The translations under genes were made by a program, and so were the position numbers. Positions 1 to 7,289 of a stretch of 24,000 nt of DNA are shown here, piece by piece. The notes below the pieces were generated by a model. That model was not told the DNA's origin. It made no database searches and saw only the letters and a program-made list of their open reading frames with translations. The stretch comes from an uncultured Candidatus Saccharibacteria bacterium (lineage in GTDB: Bacteria > Patescibacteriota > Minisyncoccia > Phycocordibacterales > UBA918), in contig CAZCWH010000006.1 of assembly GCA_964502345.1 (NCBI GenBank), positions 1,684-25,683 of the forward strand. The letters run 5' to 3'. Position 1 is the first letter of the stretch. The number at the start of each line of letters is the position of its first letter.

Positions 1-1784
1 TTGGTTGCATTTGCAACACTGACCCCGACCTCCACTACTGAAGTTGCGACGAGGATGTCGATATCGTGTTCAAGAAACCGCTTCATCGTTTTCTCTTTTT
101 CAGCAGGGGTCATCTTGCTGTGAAGAATTCCAATACGCGCATCTTTAAAAACACTTTTCTTGAGACGCTCCGCCTCGCTCTTTACTGATTTAAGTTGGAG
201 CGCATTCTCCATAAGTGGATCAGGTTCATCGATGCGTGGGCAGATGACGTATGCCTGTCGTCCATCTTTGAGTTCACTTCGAATATGTTTATAGACCTCC
301 TCGATACGAGTAGGGAGGACAACTTTAGTAATGATGGGCTTTCGTCCTTTCGGCATCTCGTCGAGGAGCGTGATATCGAGATCCCCATAGACGGTGAGTG
401 CTAAGGTGCGGGGAATTGGTGTCGCGGTCATAGATAAGAGGTGCGGCATCCTCGTATCTTTTTTCGCGAGCGCGCGTCGCTGGTTTGTGCCAAAGCGGTG
501 TTGTTCATCTATGATGACGTGGGCAAGGTGCTTAAATGCAACGGACTTATAAATAAGTGCATGAGTACCAATGAGGATGGGAATCTCGCCGTTCTGTACC
601 CATTTCAAAAGTTGAGCCTTTGAGATGGTTGTTGGTTTTGTGGGGTCGGTTTTTGAGGGGAATTTCATGCAGCCACTCCCCGTAATGAGGCCAATCTGAA
701 TAGGGAGGTGATGGAAGTATTCAATGAAGGACTCAAAATGCTGACGGGCGAGAATTTCAGTCGGCGCCATGTATGCCACCTGGAGATTACCAAATTGAAG
801 TTTGCTCGTGAGCCCCTCAGGGGGTCGGGATGTCGCGACTGCGTATGCAGTGGTCGCTGCTACCGCTGTCTTGCCACTTCCCACATCTCCCTCAAGGAGG
901 CGTGACATTGGATGTTTCCCACTGAAGTCCTTAAGCATGGCGTTGATGGCCCTGGTCTGTGCTCCTGTGAGCGGAAAGGGGAATCGACTTGTGAATGCTT
1001 CGATGTGCTCCCTGTCAGTCATAAACTGGTAGCTCGTCGCCACATTTATCTGTGCACGTTCATGTGCTTTTGCTACCTGAATTGAAAATACTTCTTCAAA
1101 AGCAAAACGCTTTCGTGCACTTTCTGCATGCTCAGCTTTCTTTGGAGTGTGTATCCATATGAGTGCCGTATTGAGTAGGGGGAGGTTGTATCGCTTCAAA
1201 ATTTCTTCAGGAATTGGATCCGTGAGTTTCTCTAGCACTCCTGCGTTAAAACATTTTTGCACCGTATGGAAGAACCACTTTGAGGTCACCCCCTTTGTCT
1301 CCCGGTACACAGGATAGATGGTTTCATCGAGATTCTCAGTATTGTTGAAAATCGAATCATGACGATCAATCGGAAGGCTTTCTAATTTTTCAATTTCAGG
1401 GTTTGCGAGATACAACTTTCCCTCAGTTCCTGTTACTTTGCCGGCGAGCTTCACGTAGGCGCCATCGACGAGCATCTTTGCAATGTATGGTTGATTGAAC
1501 CACATGATTTTAATACGTGCAGTCCCGTCCTCCACCCATCCTTCCGATATCGGCACACGACTCTTCCATGACTTTCTTGTTTTGAGTCCTCCGATGGCTC
1601 CATAGACGACAGCATCCTGACCTTTTACAAGCGACCCAACTGACTGAATTGATGAAATATCTTCGTAGCGCTGAGGGAGATGAAGGAGGAGGTCCAAGAC
1701 AGTATGAATTCCAAGGCGCTTGAGCGCCTTTTGATGTACTGCATCAATTCGAAAGTGGGTAGTGAGGAGGTCGGTAGGTGACAT
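1..1784 (-). CDS. recG: ATP-dependent DNA helicase RecG, start codon at 1784, C-terminal part runs off the window start
   Basis: Reverse complement from 1784 reads MSPTDLLTTHFRIDAVHQKALKRLGIHTVLDLLLHLPQRYEDISS (RecG wedge N-terminus). Near position 1 it reads MKRFLEHDIDILVATSVVEVGVSVANAT, the RecG helicase motif. The gene is missing from the ORF track because it has no stop inside the window. Confidence 0.93.
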   Translation of the reverse strand, partial: MSPTDLLTTHFRIDAVHQKALKRLGIHTVLDLLLHLPQRYEDISSIQSVGSLVKGQDAVVYGAIGGLKTRKSWKSRVPISEGWVEDGTARIKIMWFNQPYIAKMLVDGAYVKLAGKVTGTEGKLYLANPEIEKLESLPIDRHDSIFNNTENLDETIYPVYRETKGVTSKWFFHTVQKCFNAGVLEKLTDPIPEEILKRYNLPLLNTALIWIHTPKKAEHAESARKRFAFEEVFSIQVAKAHERAQINVATSYQFMTDREHIEAFTSRFPFPLTGAQTRAINAMLKDFSGKHPMSRLLEGDVGSGKTAVAATTAYAVATSRPPEGLTSKLQFGNLQVAYMAPTEILARQHFESFIEYFHHLPIQIGLITGSGCMKFPSKTDPTKPTTISKAQLLKWVQNGEIPILIGTHALIYKSVAFKHLAHVIIDEQHRFGTNQRRALAKKDTRMPHLLSMTATPIPRTLALTVYGDLDITLLDEMPKGRKPIITKVVLPTRIEEVYKHIRSELKDGRQAYVICPRIDEPDPLMENALQLKSVKSEAERLKKSVFKDARIGILHSKMTPAEKEKTMKRFLEHDIDILVATSVVEVGVSVANAT

Positions 1785-1833
1785 AGCGCTAATAGTAGCA
1801 GAAAGACTGGCGACAAAAGAAAGCGAGGGTACA

Positions 1834-1861
1834 TTGACAATACGTCACTATATGTTATAAT
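1834..1861 (+). promoter_or_regulatory. Sigma70-like promoter: TTGACA (1834-1839), 16-nt spacer, TATAAT (1856-1861)
   Basis: Exact matches to both consensus hexamers, directly upstream of the CDS at 1926. Confidence 0.8.
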
Positions 1862-1925
1862 ACAAAACAGGTGTCGCCCTTTAATGAGTGGCGATTTTTG
1901 TTGTTTTCCAGTCGAGGAGCAAGTC

Positions 1926-2957
1926 ATGGCCAGAGAAGGAATTCCGGGAAATATCACACAGAACGTCGAGAGCACCGAAGCTGGAAAGCAGCGCAAACGC
2001 GCCGCACGGAAAGCTGAGGAGAAGGCACGGCTCGCCCGGCAAGAGCAAAGCCAGAGGGACTCCGACAGAGCCTTCTTGACGCTTGCGTCGCAGGCGTCGC
2101 CCTCGCGGATGTACATCATCAGCGGGATTGTGGGCAAACGGGTGGTCCTCGACCTCTCCCATGTGAGTGGCGAGAAGACCATCAGCGGCAAGATCGTCGT
2201 CGAAGTGGTGCAGGTGCCGTTTGGCCCGCATGAGCTCGGCAGGCTGATTCCGGCCATCAAGGTCATCGGGTCGAACTACAGTTTGGTGCCTGCCGACCCA
2301 GATCTCTGGCTTCACGCCCACCTGCTCATGAAATCCGACTTTCAAACCAGGCTCGAAGGCCGCCGCGCCGAACAGCAACGCAAGATGTGGGAGGTGCTTC
2401 GGACGGCATGTGCAAAGGAAATCGAAGAAAAGAACCTCACCAGGAAGGTACGGCAAGAAGAGCCGCAGGGGCAAACGACTCCCGCCGGCCAAGTATCCAT
2501 CGAGGTCACACCTCCTGCGGTGCATGTTCCGGTTCGGCCTGCGTTCGATACGAGTGGTGCGGTCACCCTCACCGTTTCCCACATCGCGCAAAAGGCGGGA
2601 CAGTGGAATGGGGAGGTGCTCAAGGTGTGCGCCGAACGTGGCTGTGCATACTTCGTGCGTGAGTTGGTCGCGGGGTCGCGGAAGCTCGTTCTCGTGTACG
2701 CAGACGACGACCACGAGCTCGCGCCCATTCTCGACGCGCACGCGTCAGTGCAGCTGGACTTCGCGGAGTTTCTCCGAGCAGAACCCCAGCCGGCCCGTGA
2801 TCTTCACGATATCCGTGAGGCGCGGAAAGAGGTCGCTCGGTACGTGTACCACGAGCTCCGGAGGCTTGGACTGAAACCTCGGGTCGTACAGCAGGAAACG
2901 ACGAGCGCTCCTGCACTCAGGGTGAAGGACTTCAAGGCTCTGAGCCACGTGAAGTGA
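1926..2957 (+). CDS. Hypothetical protein, basic/charged N-terminus, markedly GC-rich compared with neighbours
   Basis: ORF 1884..2957. The internal ATG at 1926 follows GAGGAGCAAGTC (ribosome-binding-like) and gives MAREGIPGNITQNVES... It is bounded by a strong promoter upstream and a strong terminator downstream. Confidence 0.7.
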   Translation: MAREGIPGNITQNVESTEAGKQRKRAARKAEEKARLARQEQSQRDSDRAFLTLASQASPSRMYIISGIVGKRVVLDLSHVSGEKTISGKIVVEVVQVPFGPHELGRLIPAIKVIGSNYSLVPADPDLWLHAHLLMKSDFQTRLEGRRAEQQRKMWEVLRTACAKEIEEKNLTRKVRQEEPQGQTTPAGQVSIEVTPPAVHVPVRPAFDTSGAVTLTVSHIAQKAGQWNGEVLKVCAERGCAYFVRELVAGSRKLVLVYADDDHELAPILDAHASVQLDFAEFLRAEPQPARDLHDIREARKEVARYVYHELRRLGLKPRVVQQETTSAPALRVKDFKALSHVK

Positions 2958-2984
2958 GAAAACAATAGTTCCACGGAGGTACTC

Positions 2985-3035
2985 AAAGGCCCGAGGAGGA
3001 ATGCGCAAGCATTCGCTCCTCGGGCCTTTTTCTTT
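2985..3035 (+). terminator. Rho-independent terminator
   Basis: AAAGGCCCGAGGAG ... CTCCTCGGGCCTTT stem followed by a T-rich tract. Confidence 0.92.
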
Positions 3036-3089
3036 TTCTTGTGTGACTGATGTCGTATACTGGTAACCTTATTCATTGTCTTATGCACT

Positions 3090-4274
3090 GTGTCAAAAAA
3101 AGCATCACCTAAAAAGGTAGTTTCAAAGAAAGTAGTAAAAAAGGATTATGGTAAGCTCGCACTCGCGCTCCATAAGAAACTCAAAGGAAAACTTTCAGTG
3201 ATCTCGAAAGGGAAACTCGAGACCCGCGATGACTGGAGCATGATGTATACGCCCGGTGTTGCTGCGGTTTCAAGTCATCTCGCAAAAAATCCTCGTGATG
3301 CGCGTGAGTATACGATTAAAGGTAATACTGTCGCAGTTGTAAGTGATGGTACGGCAGTGCTTGGGCTTGGGAATATCGGTCCTATTGCTGCACTTCCCGT
3401 CATGGAAGGGAAGTGCGCCATCCTCAAAGAGATGGCAGGGATTGATGGTTTCCCAATTGTGCTTGACGCACATAGCATTGATGAAATCGTCGCGACAGTA
3501 AAAAATATTGCTCCTGGATTTGGAGCGATTAACCTCGAAGATATCGCAGCTCCTCAGTGTTTTGAAATCGAAGAGCGTCTCAAAAAGGAGCTCAATATTC
3601 CAGTCATGCATGATGATCAGCACGGAACCGCGATTGTGGTTTTAGCTGGACTCATTAACGCCTCGAAAGTTGTAAAGAAAAAACTCGAGTCACTCAAGGT
3701 AGTGATTGTCGGTGCAGGAGCTGCAGGGCGAGCTATTGCACTCCTTCTCCTCAAAGCAGGAGTTACAGACGTGATTGTCGTAGATAGTAAGGGAATTATT
3801 TATAAAGGGCGCGGTGGCATGGTGTCATACAAGGAATCACTCGCCAAAATCACTAACCCACGAGGGGTGAAAGGGGAGTTACTTGAAGCGGTGACGGGAG
3901 CAGATGTGCTTGTTGGTGTTTCTGGCCCTGGGTCAGTCGCAAAGATGCATGTTGAGCGTATGGCAAAGGATGGAATTGTGTTTGCACTCGCAAATCCAAT
4001 TCCGGAAATTATGCCTGAGGACGCAAAAATGGCCGGTGCACGAGTGGTTGCTACTGGGCGCTCAGATATGCCAAATCAGGTCAACAACTCTCTCGCATTT
4101 CCAGGAATTTTTCGTGGGGCACTTGATCGCCGCATCAATGAAATCACAGATGAAATCAAACTAGCTGCAGCAAAAAAGTTGGCGAGCCTTGTAAAGAAGC
4201 CAATAGAGAATGAGATTATTCCGCACGTGTCGACACCAGGCCTCGTGAAGGCGGTTGCGAGTGTTGTGAAATAA
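3090..4274 (+). CDS. Malic enzyme (malate dehydrogenase, oxaloacetate-decarboxylating), GTG start
   Basis: Motifs YTPGVAAVS, GNTVAVVSDGTAVLGLGNIGP, PVMHDDQHGTAIVVLAGLINA, VVIVGAGAAGRAIA and ATGRSDMPNQVNNSLAFPGIFRGALD are typical of malic enzymes. Confidence 0.93.
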   Translation: MSKKASPKKVVSKKVVKKDYGKLALALHKKLKGKLSVISKGKLETRDDWSMMYTPGVAAVSSHLAKNPRDAREYTIKGNTVAVVSDGTAVLGLGNIGPIAALPVMEGKCAILKEMAGIDGFPIVLDAHSIDEIVATVKNIAPGFGAINLEDIAAPQCFEIEERLKKELNIPVMHDDQHGTAIVVLAGLINASKVVKKKLESLKVVIVGAGAAGRAIALLLLKAGVTDVIVVDSKGIIYKGRGGMVSYKESLAKITNPRGVKGELLEAVTGADVLVGVSGPGSVAKMHVERMAKDGIVFALANPIPEIMPEDAKMAGARVVATGRSDMPNQVNNSLAFPGIFRGALDRRINEITDEIKLAAAKKLASLVKKPIENEIIPHVSTPGLVKAVASVVK

Positions 4275-4278
4275 GAAA

Positions 4279-4310
4279 AGGCCTCGACGTTACGTCGGGG
4301 CCTTTTTTAT
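4279..4310 (+). terminator. Rho-independent terminator after malic enzyme
   Basis: AAGGCCTCGACGTTACGTCGGGGCCTTTTTT hairpin plus T tract. Confidence 0.85.
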
Positions 4311-4341
4311 TGAGTTCTTATCCAGCAGTAAGTGTCGAGTG

Positions 4342-4911
4342 TTATTGATTGTAGAATTTCTCGAGATAGTCTTCCTCAGTCATCACGGTGACCCTTGCGT
4401 CATGAGTGGTGTGTTCATGGTTATGGTACGTCCATGTACCAACTTTTGTGAATGTAAAATTCCATGACCCTCCCATTTTTACCCATTCACATTGGTCAAA
4501 AGAACTTCCTGCACAGTCATCTCTTCCTTTTTCTGGGTACAAACTATGGATTGGGTGATTGTCTGATGCGATCCACATTTTGTCATCGCTCACGTTCATG
4601 AATTTAACCGTTCCACCCTTGATGATTGTGACTTTGTTTGGGAGGAACTTTTTTCCGTCGTATATGACAAATGCGGTGGTAGGGAGCACAGGTGCACTGT
4701 CTACTGCTGGTTTTTTTGCAGTTGAAACGAATTTTTGAGTAGCAGTTCCTAGAGGGGTAGTTTCAAGGCTTTCCGTCGTTGTACCCATATCACCTGTTGT
4801 CTCCAGAATTGGGTCATTGACCTCTGGTGCTGCAACCTGCTCTGTCTGCATGAAGTAGAGTACACAGACAATGGTAACTACAGTCACGAGCCCGATAAGT
4901 AGCTTATGCAT
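4342..4911 (-). CDS. Secreted/membrane-anchored cupredoxin-like (plastocyanin-type) protein
   Basis: N-terminal hydrophobic segment MHKLLIGLVTVVTIVCVLYF. C-terminal SDNHPIHSLYP...CAGSSFDQCEWVKMGGSWNFTFTKVGTWTYHNHEH resembles a cupredoxin copper-site region. Confidence 0.75.
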   Translation of the reverse strand: MHKLLIGLVTVVTIVCVLYFMQTEQVAAPEVNDPILETTGDMGTTTESLETTPLGTATQKFVSTAKKPAVDSAPVLPTTAFVIYDGKKFLPNKVTIIKGGTVKFMNVSDDKMWIASDNHPIHSLYPEKGRDDCAGSSFDQCEWVKMGGSWNFTFTKVGTWTYHNHEHTTHDARVTVMTEEDYLEKFYNQ

Positions 4912-4968
4912 ACTCTATTCTGTAACGAAAATGGGTATATGTGCAAGCAAATATAAGTGCTTCTAGAA

Positions 4969-5001
4969 TGTGGGATTTGATCCTTACAGGATCTGTTCAG
5001 G
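4969..5001. repeat. 33-nt direct repeat, copy 1 (TGTGGGATTTGATCCTTACAGGATCTGTTCAGG)
   Basis: Exactly repeated at 5061..5093. Contains the hairpin GATCC-TTACA-GGATC. Confidence 0.95.
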
Positions 5002-5060
5002 GATTTGGTCACAGATAAATTTCTTACAGAAATTTTCCGCGACCCCGACTCGCTGAAAGG

Positions 5061-5093
5061 TGTGGGATTTGATCCTTACAGGATCTGTTCAGG
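5061..5093. repeat. 33-nt direct repeat, copy 2
   Basis: Exact match to 4969..5001. Confidence 0.95.
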
Positions 5094-5143
5094 TTGTATG
5101 ATATTTTCTTATAGAAAATATCGACAACCTCTTCAAATCCCAC
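5062..5143 (-). ncRNA. Candidate structured element (read on minus): outer stem GTGGGATTTGA/TCAAATCCCAC enclosing a 17-bp interrupted hairpin and a TGTAA-loop hairpin
   Basis: Pairings: 5062-5072 with 5133-5143; 5091-5097 plus 5100-5109 with 5113-5122 plus 5124-5130; 5071-5075 with 5081-5085. A related element lies at 22871-22932. Confidence 0.5.
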
Positions 5144-5149
5144 GCGCAG

Positions 5150-5190
5150 AAACTAGAAATCCCATACAAAAGTATGGGATCTCTAGTTTT
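5150..5190 (-). terminator. Long hairpin directly 3' of tRNA-Ser, possible terminator or processing structure
   Basis: AAACTAGAAATCCCATAC-AAAA-GTATGGGATCTCTAGTTT inverted repeat with one mismatch. Confidence 0.5.
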
Positions 5191-5191
5191 G

Positions 5192-5278
5192 CGGAGAGTG
5201 TGGGATTTGAACCCACGAGGGTTTTAAGGCCCTGCCTCGTTAGCAGTGAGGTGCTTTCGACCACTCAGCCAACTCTCC
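5192..5278 (-). tRNA. tRNA-Ser (anticodon GCT)
   Basis: Reverse complement GGAGAGTTGGCTGAGTGGTCGAAAGCACCTCACTGCTAACGAGGCAGGGCCTTAAAACCCTCGTGGGTTCAAATCCCACACTCTCCG folds as a class II tRNA with a long variable arm. No encoded CCA. Confidence 0.95.
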
Positions 5279-5392
5279 GTGCGTTACTTCGCAAGAACGT
5301 TCTTACGAGAGTAATTGTTCGATTCGGTTTCCTCCTTTAGTCTGTTCGCGAAAGCTCACAACGACTAATCTGCTCACATTCGTTCGCAGACC

Positions 5393-5424
5393 GGACAAGA
5401 AATGAAATTGTTCATTTCTTGTCC
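5393..5424. repeat. Perfect 14-bp inverted repeat with ATTG loop
   Basis: GGACAAGAAATGAA-ATTG-TTCATTTCTTGTCC. No T tract, and it directly abuts a copy of the tRNA-Ser D-arm fragment. Confidence 0.85.
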
Positions 5425-5484
5425 ACTCAGCCAACAACCAGTTCTCTAGATGTGCAATGGACCGAGGAAGAATAGCATATTTTT

Positions 5485-6096
5485 TTAATGGGCTAAAGCG
5501 AGGCAGGTAACCCTAAGAGGAGCTGCCTTTTGCAAAGCTATCTTTGCGGATAGCATTGTTGCTCCCGTTGTCATCACATCATCAACAAGAACGATGTGTA
5601 GATAAGCGAGCGAGTCGGTCTTTTTAAGACTGAAAGCATTTAATACATTTTTAATACGCTCTTCTTTTGGAATTTCTGTTTGTGGACGTGTATTTTTAGT
5701 ACGAATAAGTAACTTCGGATTAATCACCATCGCAGGAATCAGGGCTTGTGTATTCAAGAGGATTTCGTGAATTTGATTATACCCGCGTTCACGCATTCTT
5801 TGAGCGGAAAGTGGCATTGGAATAAACACTGCATCTTGAAACTGCGTGTGTGAACCTACGTAGAGCGCTACGAGTTTACCAAGAAGCTTCTGTGCATGTG
5901 CATTGCCATGAAACTTCGCTTCATGAATAAGTGCGCGAACAGTAGGGTTCTTGAAATCACAAAGAGTGATGCAGCCGTTAAGTCCTTGCGGAGTAAGAAG
6001 TGTTGGCAAGAATGCGTCAGTAATATTTCGAACAACGAGCGTCTCAGTGCTTGGAGGGAAGAGTATATCAAAAAATTTTTGTACAAAGACATTCAT
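5485..6096 (-). CDS. ComF-family phosphoribosyltransferase, N-terminal zinc finger absent
   Basis: PRPP-binding motif VLVDDVMTTGATM, FIPMPLSAQRMRERGYNQ and RTKNTRPQTEIPKEERIKNVLNAF, all typical of ComF/GntX. Confidence 0.88.
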   Translation of the reverse strand: MNVFVQKFFDILFPPSTETLVVRNITDAFLPTLLTPQGLNGCITLCDFKNPTVRALIHEAKFHGNAHAQKLLGKLVALYVGSHTQFQDAVFIPMPLSAQRMRERGYNQIHEILLNTQALIPAMVINPKLLIRTKNTRPQTEIPKEERIKNVLNAFSLKKTDSLAYLHIVLVDDVMTTGATMLSAKIALQKAAPLRVTCLALAH

Positions 6097-6141
6097 ACGT
6101 AACGTGTGTGCAATGACTCATGATAGAATATTTCAGTCGAT

Positions 6142-7233
6142 ATGGCATTTGACCTATCAAAACTCAAGTCGGTCCTCAAGATGGACATCGCGAAGCCGGT
6201 AAAAAAAGCCGTGGTGGGTGTTGATGTGGGCTCCTCATCAATCAAGGTAGTACAGCTCTTTGATAGTAAGGGAGTGCCGACACTTGAGACATACGGTGAG
6301 TTGCAACTTGGCCCGTACGAGAACGTCGATATCGGACGCACAACCCATCTTCAAGCAGTGAAGCTTACCGAAGCATTTGTCGATATTTTGCGTGAGTCAT
6401 CGGTAACGGCTAAAGATGTTGCACTCGCAGTTTCATATAGTGGTAGTTTTACTTCAATTATTCCGATTCCTACCACAAATACAGCCCAAATTAGCGCCAT
6501 GGTACCGGTGGAGGCTCGAAAATACGTTCCTGTTCCACTTATTGAGGTGACACTCGATTGGTCACCGGTTTCATCGCTTTCTGATAAAGCTGAGACCAAG
6601 GTGCTTCTCATCGCAATTCATAATGAGGTTCTTAAGAAGTACGACATCATGGTTAAAGGAGCAGGACTGAACCCTGCCTTAAATGAAATAGAGATGTTTA
6701 GCTCAATTCGTTCGGCAGTTACTCAGGAAGACGACGTAGTCGCAATCATTGATATTGGCGCTGGCTCGACGAAAGTATATATCGCAGTGAAGGGGGTAGT
6801 TGCAAAGACACACAGTGTACTCATGAGTGGAGTCGAATGCACGAATGCGCTCTCACGCGCGCTTGCGGTAGATTTCAAAAATGCAGAAGAAATGAAACGC
6901 AGATTAGGGTTGCAGGGGACAACGGATGATCCGCGCGTTACAAAGGCTCTTGCCGAGATACTTGAGCGAGGATTCCGTGAGATTCATAAGGTCATGCGGC
7001 GTTTTGAAGAGACCGATGGTGTCGAGATACAGAAAGTTATCCTGAGTGGAAGCGGCTCACTCCTGCGCGGCATTGATTTATATGCACAAGATATGTTTTC
7101 AAAACCCGTAGTGATTGCTGATCCATTTTCTAAAGTTGCATATCCAGCATTCCTCGAAGATACACTCAAAGAGGCAGGCCCATCTTTCACGGTCGCTGTT
7201 GGTGCTGCCCTCCGTGCACTCATGGCCGAGTAG
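6142..7233 (+). CDS. pilM: Type IV pilus assembly protein PilM
   Basis: Actin-like ATPase motifs VVGVDVGSSSIKVVQL and IIDIGAGSTKVYI, and GSGSLLRGIDLYAQ. First gene of the pilus cluster. Confidence 0.9.
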   Translation: MAFDLSKLKSVLKMDIAKPVKKAVVGVDVGSSSIKVVQLFDSKGVPTLETYGELQLGPYENVDIGRTTHLQAVKLTEAFVDILRESSVTAKDVALAVSYSGSFTSIIPIPTTNTAQISAMVPVEARKYVPVPLIEVTLDWSPVSSLSDKAETKVLLIAIHNEVLKKYDIMVKGAGLNPALNEIEMFSSIRSAVTQEDDVVAIIDIGAGSTKVYIAVKGVVAKTHSVLMSGVECTNALSRALAVDFKNAEEMKRRLGLQGTTDDPRVTKALAEILERGFREIHKVMRRFEETDGVEIQKVILSGSGSLLRGIDLYAQDMFSKPVVIADPFSKVAYPAFLEDTLKEAGPSFTVAVGAALRALMAE

Positions 7234-7289
7234 CAATGTCCACACCTACTCTCAGTCATCCCGTCTGCTCGTGACGTATAATATGCAGG

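Noticed and set aside
1625-2266. 213-aa minus-strand ORF and the 286-aa minus ORF at 1881..2741
   Set aside because: The first straddles recG in a wrong frame. Both are low-complexity antisense readings of the GC-rich gene and recG. Long shadow ORFs are expected in GC-rich coding DNA.
4969-5093. Two identical 33-nt repeats separated by 59 nt, resembling a minimal CRISPR array
   Set aside because: Only two repeats. The spacer itself contains a related hairpin, there are no cas genes, and the repeat carries tRNA T-arm sequence. It fits the structured repeat family better.
5091-5130. Integron attC site (GTT/AAC ends of an imperfect palindrome)
   Set aside because: The core does not match RYYYAAC/GTTRRRY in the expected arrangement, and there is no cassette array or integrase in the window.
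5005-5340. 111-aa plus-strand ORF
   Set aside because: It runs antisense through tRNA-Ser; SVGFEPTRVLRPCLVSSEVLSTTQPTL is the usual artefactual translation of an antisense tRNA-Ser.
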